Numbered from the stretch's first letter, positions 1-7,909 are shown. The stretch: 24,477 nucleotides of DNA from Candidatus Competibacteraceae bacterium (GCA_020444985.1 JAGRHK010000001.1:1-24477); one strand, 5' to 3'. The notes: generated from the letters alone by a model not told the origin. Translations and numbers: made by a program.

Positions 1-159
<159 letters not shown>

Positions 160-244
160 TTAAAAAGCAATATGCCGTAGCGTAACGAAATTTGCTTTCC
201 CATTCCAGAAACAGACAGCGGTGTAGCGCAATGAAGGTGAAAAA

Positions 245-1144
245 CTACTGACCGATCAACCGCTCCTGCGCCTCGCGGTACTTGGCGCCGGTCTTCTGGA
301 CAATCTCCGGCGGCAGCTCCGGTCCCGGGGGTTGTTTGTCCCAATCCAGCGTTTCCAGATAATCGCGCACGAACTGCTTGTCGAAGCTGGGCGGATTAGC
401 GCCGGGTCGATATTGATCCGCCGGCCAGAAGCGCGATGAATCCGGGGTCAGCACCTCGTCCATTAACACCAGACTTCCGTATTCGTCCAGCCCGAATTCA
501 AACTTGGTGTCGGCAATGATAATGCCTCGCGCCAAGGCGTAGTCCGCCGCTTCCCGGTAAAGCCGTAGACTGATCTCCCGCATCTGTTCCGCCAAATCCC
601 GTCCGATCCTGGCCACAACATGATCAAAATTCACATTTTCGTCATGTTCGCCCAGCGCGGCCTTGGTAGAGGGAGTGAAGATTGGCTCGGGCAGGCGGTC
701 CGCCAGTTGCAATCCATCCGGCAGGCGAATCCCGCAGACCCTGCCGCTTTGCTGGTAATCCTTCCAACCCGAACCGATGAGATAGCCGCGTACAATCGCT
801 TCCACAGGCAAGCACTGAAGCCATCGCGCCACTACCGCCCGACCGGCGAGGTCACGCTGCTCGTCGGGATCTGGCAGCGCCTGCTCCAAAGTTTTTCTAG
901 CCAGTTGCAGGTGGTTAGGGACGATGCGTCGAGTGCGCTTAAACCAGAAGTTCGAGACCGCGGTCAATACCGCTCCCTTGCCGGGAATCGCCGTCGGCAA
1001 AATCACATCAAACGCTGACAGTCGGTCGCTGGCCACCATCAGCAGATGCTGATCATCCACAGCATACAAATCACGGACCTTGCCGCGATAAACGAGCGGC
1101 AGGCTGGCGATCTCGGGTACAGCGGCGGCATCGGAAACACTCAT
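245..1144 (-). CDS. purC: Phosphoribosylaminoimidazole-succinocarboxamide (SAICAR) synthase, long (~300 aa) type
   Basis: Motifs [67 protein letters not shown]. Start moved from 1180 to ATG 1144 (MSVSD), which has CAGGAG upstream. Confidence 0.97.
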   Translation of the reverse strand: MSVSDAAAVPEIASLPLVYRGKVRDLYAVDDQHLLMVASDRLSAFDVILPTAIPGKGAVLTAVSNFWFKRTRRIVPNHLQLARKTLEQALPDPDEQRDLAGRAVVARWLQCLPVEAIVRGYLIGSGWKDYQQSGRVCGIRLPDGLQLADRLPEPIFTPSTKAALGEHDENVNFDHVVARIGRDLAEQMREISLRLYREAADYALARGIIIADTKFEFGLDEYGSLVLMDEVLTPDSSRFWPADQYRPGANPPSFDKQFVRDYLETLDWDKQPPGPELPPEIVQKTGAKYREAQERLIGQ

Positions 1145-1323
1145 ACGCGGGTTACTCCTGGCCTGAATAAAGCAAAGCATTCATGGCACACATTTTAATA
1201 CGGCTTCTGCATCAGCGTCGCTGTTTTGCATGTCCATGGGCGCGTCCGACCTTCCGCAAGGGCAGACCGACTAAACCCACATTTCGCAAACCGTTTACTT
1301 GCGGGTTAAGGTATGCTTATGCG

Positions 1324-1986
1324 ATGAACCTGACGGATTCGTTGTTACCTGCCGATTTGCTATTTTTCGCCAACTTCATCTGGCTGGCGATTGGTATCCA
1401 TGCCGTGCGCGTTGCGCCCTGGCGTGCGTTGCTGACCAGTCCCAAGCTCCAGCATGTCTTTATGGGCGCATCCATTGCCTTGTTTCTGATATGGATTTTT
1501 GAGGTCGGCGTGCGTCCGGCGCTCGGTTTTCACCTGCTCGGCGTAACGGTTTATACCCTGATGTTCGGCTGGTCGCTGGGAGTGATCGGCGCCAGTCTGA
1601 TCATGTTGGCGGTGACGGTCATGCACGGCGACTGGGCGGCGCTGGCCATGAATGCCTTGCTGCTTGGCGTGCTACCGGTTTCGGTCAGTTATGGCGTGTA
1701 TGTGCTGGTGGACCGCTACCTACCCCACCATCTTTTCATTTATATTTTCCTATGCGCCTTCTTCAACGCCATGCTGGCCGCCGGAGTGACCGTCTTGGCG
1801 CTGGTGACTCTGCTGGTCGCTACGGAAACCTATACTTTTGCCCGCATCAGCCGCGAATACCTGCCTTTCCTGCCGCTCTACCTGTTCCCGGAGGGGCTGA
1901 TTAACGGTATGGTCATTACGGTGCTGATCGGGCTGCGGCCGGATTGGCTGAAAACTTATGATGATGAGCGGTATTTGAAGTCCTGA
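1324..1986 (+). CDS. Uncharacterised CbiM-fold integral membrane protein (usually annotated energy-coupling factor transporter permease; solitary S-component-like)
   Basis: 220 aa, hydrophobic throughout, with GFHLLG, YIFLCAFF and a C-terminal PEGLINGM...RPDWLKTYDDERYL typical of this proteobacterial family. The ORF-track start at 1183 adds a non-hydrophobic extension; ATG 1324 (MNLTDSLL) fits better. Confidence 0.75.
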   Translation: MNLTDSLLPADLLFFANFIWLAIGIHAVRVAPWRALLTSPKLQHVFMGASIALFLIWIFEVGVRPALGFHLLGVTVYTLMFGWSLGVIGASLIMLAVTVMHGDWAALAMNALLLGVLPVSVSYGVYVLVDRYLPHHLFIYIFLCAFFNAMLAAGVTVLALVTLLVATETYTFARISREYLPFLPLYLFPEGLINGMVITVLIGLRPDWLKTYDDERYLKS

Positions 1987-2021
1987 GCCGCGCTGCTGAG
2001 GCAATGAGGGTTTAATCGAGC

Positions 2022-2870
2022 GTGTTGGGAAAACTGTTTGGCGGAGCTTTCGGTTTCATGGTCGGCGGGCCGCTGGGCGCGCTGCTGGGCGCAGCGGTCG
2101 GCCATAATTTTGATCAGGCGCAACAGCAAACCGCTACATCGTCAACATCCGGGGCGGCCGGTCATGATCAGGCGCGGACTGTGTTCAACACCACAGCATT
2201 CCAGATCATGGGGCATATTGCCAAAGCTGATGGACGGGTTTCAGAACGGGAAATTGCTGCGGTGCGCGCCATCATGGATCATCTGCGGTTGAACGCCGCT
2301 CAGCGCCAAGCCGCGATGGAGGGCTTTACCGCAGGCAAGCAACCGGAATTTGCCGTGGAAGGTGTGATTGAGACCTTTCGGCGCGCCTGCCGTGCTTATC
2401 CAGCCATGTTGCAACAACTGTTGCAGTTACTGCTGAATGTTGCTTACGCCGATGGCGGGCTGCATCCCCAAACCCACACGCGCTTATCCGCCATCGCCGA
2501 ACGGCTGGGTATTCATCACCTGCAATTTGAAACTCTGCACACCCTGTTTCGCGCGCAGCGCTGGGCGCATGAGTCGGGTCAGAGCGGTTTTGGCGGCGCT
2601 GGAGCCGGCGGGCCGCACGAACGTCGGAGCAATGGTCAACGACCGACTACTTCGGTCAACTCATTGAGTCATGCCTATAGCATACTGGGCCTGAAACGTG
2701 AGGCCAGCGCCGAGGAAATTAAACTGGCCTACCGCCGCCTGATCCGGCAACACCATCCTGACAAGTTGGCGTCGAGTGGCGTTTCACCAGCGGAAATGGC
2801 GCGCGCTACCGAGCGAACCCGGGAAATCACCGCTGCTTATGAGCGCATACGGGAGGCGCGGGGGTTTTAG
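2022..2870 (+). CDS. djlA: Membrane-anchored co-chaperone DjlA (TM anchor, TerB-like domain, C-terminal J domain)
   Basis: N-terminal GKLFGGAFGFMVGGPLGALLGAAVGHNFD, GHIAKADGRVSEREI, AYADG, and J domain AYSILGL...IKLAYRRLIRQHHPDKL with the HPD motif. GTG start with GAGG upstream. Confidence 0.93.
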   Translation: MLGKLFGGAFGFMVGGPLGALLGAAVGHNFDQAQQQTATSSTSGAAGHDQARTVFNTTAFQIMGHIAKADGRVSEREIAAVRAIMDHLRLNAAQRQAAMEGFTAGKQPEFAVEGVIETFRRACRAYPAMLQQLLQLLLNVAYADGGLHPQTHTRLSAIAERLGIHHLQFETLHTLFRAQRWAHESGQSGFGGAGAGGPHERRSNGQRPTTSVNSLSHAYSILGLKREASAEEIKLAYRRLIRQHHPDKLASSGVSPAEMARATERTREITAAYERIREARGF

Positions 2871-2890
2871 AGCGCGTAAAAAAGTGTTCA

Positions 2891-3310
2891 TCAAGCAAAC
2901 CAGTTTTCCACGATTAAGCCGGAGAATATCTGAAAATCAATGAGATTGCGCGAAACCAGCACTAACCCATGCACCGCAGCAACTGCAGCAATTTGTCCAT
3001 CGATAAACGGTCGCGTTTGACCATTAGCACGTAAACGGGTGTGTTCCAGCGCGTGCCAATGTGCTGCTGATTGGTCATATCCCAGTACCTGTAGGTCAGA
3101 AGCAGCTAGCTCTTGTAGATATCGCGCTAATCGATCCCGGCGATGGGAAGGGGGTAGTTGCTCTACACCGTGGACCAGTTCAAACCATACCGGGGCGGCC
3201 GTGACGGATTGATCCCGATTTCTTTTCAACTTTTCCATGACCATTGGCGACGGGTCAGGTTTAACCGGCTCTGACAGGATATTGGTATCCAGCAAATAGT
3301 GCATTTTCAC
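2891..3310 (-). CDS. vapC: PIN-domain (VapC/FitB-like) type II toxin, putative ribonuclease
   Basis: YLLDTNILSE, WFEL, PFIDGQIAAVA, LVLVSRNLIDF give the PIN acidic residues. GTG 3310 overlaps the antitoxin stop (GTGA); ATG 3304 is an alternative start. Confidence 0.93.
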   Translation of the reverse strand: MKMHYLLDTNILSEPVKPDPSPMVMEKLKRNRDQSVTAAPVWFELVHGVEQLPPSHRRDRLARYLQELAASDLQVLGYDQSAAHWHALEHTRLRANGQTRPFIDGQIAAVAAVHGLVLVSRNLIDFQIFSGLIVENWFA

Positions 3311-3582
3311 AGATTAATTTCTCGTGGCGGACTACGATCTCGCCAGGAATCAACCTCCTGATCACTGAGATCGACGCCATCACCCTGTTCGCGAAATTTC
3401 TCAATGACTTCCCACCACGGACGACGTTGTGCTGCGGTTAAACGGGCATAATCGGCAGGCGTCAGTAATACAGCAACCACTTTCCCACGTTGAGTGAGCG
3501 TAACATGTTCGCCTGGTTCGATATTTTTAATCAGTCGGCTCAGTGATTGCTGAGCTGTCGCAATAGGACATTCTCGGATCAT
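3307..3582 (-). CDS. Phd/YefM-family antitoxin
   Basis: 91 aa; IATAQQSLSRLIKNIEPGEHVTLTQRGKVVAVLL matches the Phd/YefM DNA-binding N-terminus; acidic/Trp-rich C-terminus; SD AAGAGG; lies directly upstream of and overlaps the PIN gene. Confidence 0.9.
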   Translation of the reverse strand: MIRECPIATAQQSLSRLIKNIEPGEHVTLTQRGKVVAVLLTPADYARLTAAQRRPWWEVIEKFREQGDGVDLSDQEVDSWRDRSPPREINL

Positions 3583-3592
3583 GTTTTTTCCT

Positions 3593-3622
3593 CTTAATCA
3601 AAATAAGGTGCTTTTAAAAAGC
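3593..3622. promoter_or_regulatory. Two adjacent palindromes upstream of the antitoxin, candidate TA autorepression operator
   Basis: GCTTTT-A-AAAAGC (3610-3622, perfect arms) and CTTA-N7-TAAG (3593-3607) in the AT-rich region 11-40 bp upstream of the antitoxin ATG. Confidence 0.5.
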
Positions 3623-3666
3623 CAATAGGATGTTTCGCCCTGCTCACCCTCCGAGTCCAGAGGGAG

Positions 3667-4341
3667 CTATAGCACCCCCCGTTCCGCCAACGACACGGTC
3701 TGTCCGTCACCGACCACCACATGATCCAGCAACCGGACGTCGACCGTGGCTAGAGCCTCCTTTAATCGCAAGGTTATCGCCTCATCCGCCCGACTCGGTT
3801 CGGCAACCCCGGAAGGATGGTTGTGAGCTACGATCACGGCTGCGGCGTTATGGTGCAGGGCGCGCTTCACAACCTGACGCGGGTGTACGGCGGAACTATC
3901 AATGGTGCCGAAAAACAATTCTTCGTACTGAATGACCCGATGTTTGTTATCCAGAAACAGGCAGGAAAAAACTTCATGTGGATGATGGCGCATCTTGGCC
4001 ATCAGGTAGCGGCGGGTATCGGCCACGCTCTGAATGGCGTCGGTTCGTTGCAGGGTGTCTTTCAGATGGCGATGAGCGAGTTCGAGCACCGCTTGTAGCT
4101 GAACATATTTGGCTTGTCCGAGACCCCGCGTCGCGCAGAACGCGGCTTCATCCAATTCCAGTAACTGGCGCAAGCCGCCATGTTCCTTGAGCATGTCGCG
4201 GGCTAGATCCACCGCGCTGCGGCCCGGTACGCCGACCCGTAGAAAAATCGCCAGCAATTCAGCGTCCGAAAGGGCAGCGGCGCCCCGTTGCAGTAATTTT
4301 TCCCGAGGGCGCTCATCATCGGGCCAATCGCGGATGGACAT
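3667..4341 (-). CDS. radC: RadC/YicR (UPF0758) JAB-domain protein, full-length chromosomal type
   Basis: [36 protein letters not shown]-terminus, [19 protein letters not shown] motif [23 protein letters not shown]. Confidence 0.96.
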   Translation of the reverse strand: MSIRDWPDDERPREKLLQRGAAALSDAELLAIFLRVGVPGRSAVDLARDMLKEHGGLRQLLELDEAAFCATRGLGQAKYVQLQAVLELAHRHLKDTLQRTDAIQSVADTRRYLMAKMRHHPHEVFSCLFLDNKHRVIQYEELFFGTIDSSAVHPRQVVKRALHHNAAAVIVAHNHPSGVAEPSRADEAITLRLKEALATVDVRLLDHVVVGDGQTVSLAERGVL

Positions 4342-4469
4342 GATGGTTTCCTATGGAGTCACTTCATTAAAGCATCCTTGCAAATAATAGACAGACCAAG
4401 CTGGATAAAAACGGTCATTACCGAGTCTTGCATAACAAAATATTCAGCAGTCCTCCGTTTTAAATAACG

Positions 4470-4916
4470 TCAGGTCTTCGGGTGAATGTGCTCATGGCCC
4501 TGCTGATTGGTGACTTTCTCGACAGGTACGAGATGCAGATTGCCATGACGCACCCCCGTCTCGGCGATGGTCGCTTCAGCAATATGGCGAACATCCAGGG
4601 TGTTGCCCTGAAGAACAACGATTTCCAGACAGTTTTCATGATCGAGATGGACATGCAGCGTTGATAACGTCAGGTCGTGGCGAGCATGTTGCGTCTGGAT
4701 AAGCCGGCGGACCAACTCGCGTTGATGATGGTTATAAACATAGGAAAGGCAGGCAATCGTATGTTCAGCCTGGTTCTCCTCCAACCGGTTCTGCTCCAGA
4801 CGCTGTCGCACCAGATCGCGAATCGCCTCGGAACGGTTCTCGTAGCCCTTGCTTTTGATATAGGCGTCGAATGCTTCCAGCAGCTTGTCGTCCAAGGATA
4901 TCGTCACACGTTCCAT
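4470..4916 (-). CDS. nikR: Nickel-responsive transcriptional regulator NikR
   Basis: MERVTISLD...GYENRSEAIRDLVR (ribbon-helix-helix) and QHARHDLTLSTLHVHLDHENCLE, which keeps the equivalents of E. coli His76, His87, His89 and Cys95. Start is ATG 4916 with GGAGG 4 nt upstream, not 5096; 148 aa. Confidence 0.97.
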   Translation of the reverse strand: MERVTISLDDKLLEAFDAYIKSKGYENRSEAIRDLVRQRLEQNRLEENQAEHTIACLSYVYNHHQRELVRRLIQTQHARHDLTLSTLHVHLDHENCLEIVVLQGNTLDVRHIAEATIAETGVRHGNLHLVPVEKVTNQQGHEHIHPKT

Positions 4917-4964
4917 GCAGCCTCCATCGGTTACAGTCATTGAGGAGAATGATTGCGGGATGAG

Positions 4965-4993
4965 TTGACAAAGGTGTTGGTGTTTTGTATGAA
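4965..4993 (+). promoter_or_regulatory. Sigma70 promoter of the nik uptake operon
   Basis: Perfect -35 TTGACA (4965-4970), 17-bp spacer, -10 TATGAA (4988-4993); SD GGGGAGG at 5021-5027 before ATG 5032. Confidence 0.75.
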
Positions 4994-5013
4994 GAATAAA
5001 AAAATCATCATAC
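4987..5013. promoter_or_regulatory. NikR operator GTATGA-N15-TCATAC
   Basis: GTATGA (4987-4992) AGAATAAAAAAATCA TCATAC (5008-5013); same half-sites as the E. coli nikA operator (GTATGA-N16-TCATAC); overlaps the -10; next to nikR. Confidence 0.88.
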
Positions 5014-5031
5014 CGTTGTTGGGGAGGCTCA

Positions 5032-5802
5032 ATGCTTGCTCTATCCAGACTCGCACCCTTTATTTTTATCGCTACAACACTGGCCGCGCCAAGCATCGTT
5101 CAGGCTCATTTTCAGACCTTGCTGCCCAGTACCGACATCGTTCCCGATCAAGGCGACCATAGGGTCAAACTCACCGCAGCATTCACCCACCCGATGGAAG
5201 GCGGGCCGGTCATGGACATGGGCCAACCCGTCCAGTTTGGGGTGTTGGTCGATGGCGAGAAGATTGATCTTAGCGCATCCTTGGTCCCGGTGAAGAGCGA
5301 TGGCAAAAAGGCGTTTGAAGCCCCTTATTTGATCAAAAAACCGGGTGATTATGTGTTTTATCTTGAACCCGCCCCTTACTGGGAGTTCACCGAGCAGCTT
5401 TTTCTCGTTCACTATACCAAAGTGGTGGTGGATTTCGGCGCAGGGGCGGGTTGGGATCATCGGGTTGGATTGCCGATGGACCTCGAACCGTTGACCCGTC
5501 CTTACGGGCTGTGGACGGGCAACATCTTCCGGGGGCTGGCGCGCCAGGATGGCCAGCCGCTACCGTTCGCGCGCGTGGAAATTGCGTGGGTGAATGACGG
5601 CTCCATCAAAGCGCCCGCCGATCCTTTCATTACCCAGGAAGTTAAAACCGACGGTAGCGGCGTATTCGCTTACGCCATGCCGAAAGCCGGTTGGTGGGGC
5701 TTCAATGTGCTCGTCGATGGCCAGATCAAGGGATCGGATGGCCAGCCCGCTGATGCCGAGTTGGGCGGAACCCTCTGGGTCAAGACCGTCGACATGAAAT
5801 AG
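5032..5802 (+). CDS. Periplasmic DUF4198-family protein (NikK-like component of nickel ECF operons)
   Basis: Sec signal ending VQA-HFQTLLPS; FTHPMEGGPVMDM, EPAPYWE, HYTKVVV, PLTRPYGLWTGNIFRG, GWWGF, ELGGTLWV; first gene after the NikR box. Confidence 0.82.
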   Translation: MLALSRLAPFIFIATTLAAPSIVQAHFQTLLPSTDIVPDQGDHRVKLTAAFTHPMEGGPVMDMGQPVQFGVLVDGEKIDLSASLVPVKSDGKKAFEAPYLIKKPGDYVFYLEPAPYWEFTEQLFLVHYTKVVVDFGAGAGWDHRVGLPMDLEPLTRPYGLWTGNIFRGLARQDGQPLPFARVEIAWVNDGSIKAPADPFITQEVKTDGSGVFAYAMPKAGWWGFNVLVDGQIKGSDGQPADAELGGTLWVKTVDMK

Positions 5803-5829
5803 CCGGGGAACTTGGCTTCAGAGATCCGC

Positions 5830-6456
5830 ATGGCGCATATTCCTGATGGCGTACTCTCCGCCCCTGTGCTTTTGGTCGGCGCTGCCGTCTCCCTGAGCGG
5901 CTGCGCTTACGGCCTTCGGCAATTGGCAACCGAGCGCATCCCGCAAGTTGCCTTAATGTCGGCGGTGCTTTTTGTTGCCGCACTGGTGCATTTCCCGGTC
6001 GGGCTGTCGTCGATGCATCTCATGCTGAATGGCCTGGCCGGCATTCTGCTGGGTTGGGCGGCCTTTCCAGCCCTGCTGGTAGCGTTGTTGCTGCAAGCCA
6101 TGCTGTTTGGGTTCGGTGGTCTGATCGTGTTGGGCGTCAATGTGATGAATATGGCTTTACCAGCCGTGCTCTGTCGCGCGCTGTTTGTCGCCCTGTCCTG
6201 CTCCGGCAATCGTCGCCGAACCCTGATAGCGGCAGGTCTGGCGGGAGGGATCGGGGTCATGTTGACGGCCTTGCTTGTAGCGCTGGCGCTGGCGCTGTCC
6301 GGTCAGGAGTTCGCGACTGCCGCCAAACTGGTCGTTTTTACGCATATTCCGGTGGCGGTGATTGAAACGATCTTCACTGCCGCCGTCATCAGCCTGTTGC
6401 TGCAGGTTAAACCCGAAGTTCTAGGCTTTGCCAGTACGGAGATGAACGATGACTAA
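5830..6456 (+). CDS. nikM: ECF transporter substrate-binding component NikM (CbiM family)
   Basis: N-terminus MAHIPDGVLS, SMHLMLNGLAGILLG, QAMLFGFGGLIVLGVNVMNMALP, HIPVAVIE. Start set at ATG 5830, since the family needs the His-containing motif at the extreme N-terminus. Confidence 0.92.
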   Translation: MAHIPDGVLSAPVLLVGAAVSLSGCAYGLRQLATERIPQVALMSAVLFVAALVHFPVGLSSMHLMLNGLAGILLGWAAFPALLVALLLQAMLFGFGGLIVLGVNVMNMALPAVLCRALFVALSCSGNRRRTLIAAGLAGGIGVMLTALLVALALALSGQEFATAAKLVVFTHIPVAVIETIFTAAVISLLLQVKPEVLGFASTEMNDD

Positions 6457-7057
6457 CCACACCCTTGGTCTTGTCGTATTCGCCATCAGTCTGTCGGTCG
6501 TCTCCGAACCGACCTGGACCCACAAGCTGAAAGTGTTCGCTACCGCCGAGGGGAGTCGTCTAGCGGGTTACGCCTATTTCACTCCCGGTGGACGCCCTCA
6601 TCAGGCAGCCGTCACCGTGACCGATGCCGACGGCAACGTACTCGCGACCACCATCACGGACGATGAAGGTCGCTTCGCGGTCGAAGCAAAACGCCGAGTC
6701 GACCATCACATCACCGTGGGCGGCGGCGATGGCCACGTTGCGACTTACACAATTAAGGCAGACGAATTACCGGACCGTCTACTCCCCTCCCTCCCAGCCT
6801 CTCTCCCGCAAACCGGCGAGGCCAGCAAAAAGATATTGCCTGCGCTCCCCGCCTCGGACGCTGACTGGCGCGCGTTTATTGACCAGAGCATTGCCCGGCA
6901 AATCCGCCCCTTGCGCGAACAGCTTGACGCTTATCAGGAGAAAATCTGGTGGCATGACGTATTGGGGGGCATCGGTTACATCCTTGGCCTTGGTGGTCTG
7001 GCCTTTGGCTTGGCTGAGCGTCGGCGTCGAATGGACGCGCATCGCTCCCAACCGTAG
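6449..7057 (+). CDS. NikL-like accessory component (signal/TM, periplasmic beta-domain, C-terminal TM)
   Basis: HKLKVFATAEG...GYAYFTPGGRP...TDDEGRF...GDGH, Pro-rich linker, then IARQIRPLREQLDAYQEKIWWHDVLGGIGYILGLGGLAF. Overlaps the nikM stop by 8 nt and takes the place of NikN. Confidence 0.75.
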   Translation: MTNHTLGLVVFAISLSVVSEPTWTHKLKVFATAEGSRLAGYAYFTPGGRPHQAAVTVTDADGNVLATTITDDEGRFAVEAKRRVDHHITVGGGDGHVATYTIKADELPDRLLPSLPASLPQTGEASKKILPALPASDADWRAFIDQSIARQIRPLREQLDAYQEKIWWHDVLGGIGYILGLGGLAFGLAERRRRMDAHRSQP

Positions 7058-7081
7058 CGGAGAGAATGGGAGAGCGCACTC

Positions 7082-7909
7082 TTGAATACATCGGCATCCA
7101 ACAGCGCGCCATGCGCCAGCGTCAGCATTGACCTCCCTGCTTTGCAAAAGGAGCATCCAGGGGAATTTCGCGCCCGTGAACCCTGGTTGGCAAGGGTCGA
7201 TGGGCGCTTGCGTCTGGTGGTTTGCGGGCTGTTCGCGTTAACCGTGGTGGGGTTGACGCAGATTCCACCGTTGTTGACAGCCCTGGCGCTGGCGGGATGC
7301 GCCGCGATGACAGCGCGCTTGGAACTCGCGTCGACCCTGCGACGAATGGCGGCACTGGATGGCTTCATGCTGTTTGTTCTGTTCTTCCTGCCGTTCACCA
7401 TACCGGGCGAGGCGATGTTCTCGCTGAATGGTATGGCCGCCAGCTATGCTGGCGTGTTGCGGGCTATTGAAATCCTCTTGAAAGCGAATGCTGTCCTGTT
7501 AATGATCATGGCGCTGCTCGGTTCAATGGAGCCGATAGCGCTGGGCCACGCCATGGCGCGACTTCGTTTGCCCCTCAAGTTCGTACATTTATTCTTGTTC
7601 ACCGTGCGCTATATTGAAGTGTTGGGTCGTGAATATCGCCGCCTGCGGACCGCCATGAAAGCGCGCGGCTTTCGCCCGCGCTGTGATCCGCACACCTGGC
7701 GCAGCGTCGGCTACCTGTTCGGGATGCTCCTGGTGCGCAGTATTGAACGCGCCGAGCGTATCCTGGCCGCCATGCGCTGTCGCGGATTCCAGGGGCATTT
7801 CCACCTCATGACGGAAGCAGCGCCGGTAGATTGGCGCGACTACGCGTTCGCTGGATTGTCGGTTACCGCAGCTTGCGCCCTAATTGCTCTGGAGTCTGTG
7901 CATTGGTAA
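7082..7909 (+). CDS. nikQ: ECF transporter T component NikQ (CbiQ family)
   Basis: LARVDGRLRL, several TM helices, FLFTVRYIEVL, AMKARGF, LLVRSIERAERILAAMRCRGFQG with the two ARG-type coupling motifs. Exact start uncertain (TTG 7082). Confidence 0.92.
   Translation: MNTSASNSAPCASVSIDLPALQKEHPGEFRAREPWLARVDGRLRLVVCGLFALTVVGLTQIPPLLTALALAGCAAMTARLELASTLRRMAALDGFMLFVLFFLPFTIPGEAMFSLNGMAASYAGVLRAIEILLKANAVLLMIMALLGSMEPIALGHAMARLRLPLKFVHLFLFTVRYIEVLGREYRRLRTAMKARGFRPRCDPHTWRSVGYLFGMLLVRSIERAERILAAMRCRGFQGHFHLMTEAAPVDWRDYAFAGLSVTAACALIALESVHW

Noticed and set aside
1284-1300. PurR-box-like CGCAAAC-C-GTTTAC upstream of purC
   Set aside because: The PurR operator needs GCAAAC directly abutting GTTT at a central CpG; here an extra C splits it. 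No purR is visible. Kept only as an unassigned palindrome.
1241-1310. Resemblance to a c-di-GMP-I riboswitch (CC-GCAA-GG loop, CCGACTAAACC)
   Set aside because: The 5' GGCAAAC and the GACGCAAAGC junction are missing. An Infernal search would settle it.
1183-1323. ORF-track N-terminal extensions (also nikR 5096, nikM 5812, nikO 7831, purA 10385, dapA 20962, gcvR 20956, cls 22916)
   Set aside because: They add non-homologous sequence through promoter regions; downstream starts match family N-termini and mostly have SDs.
3561-3630. CAATAGGA direct repeat at 3561-3568 and 3623-3630
   Set aside because: Only 8 bp, one copy inside the antitoxin coding region, and it does not flank the whole TA module, so it is not a target-site duplication.
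3667-4341. radC as a marker of an integrative element
   Set aside because: It is the full-length chromosomal form with the N-terminal domain; no integrase, relaxase or att-like repeats nearby.
4360-4400. Sigma54-like TGG...TTGC upstream of radC
   Set aside because: GG and GC are 14 nt apart rather than the required 10.
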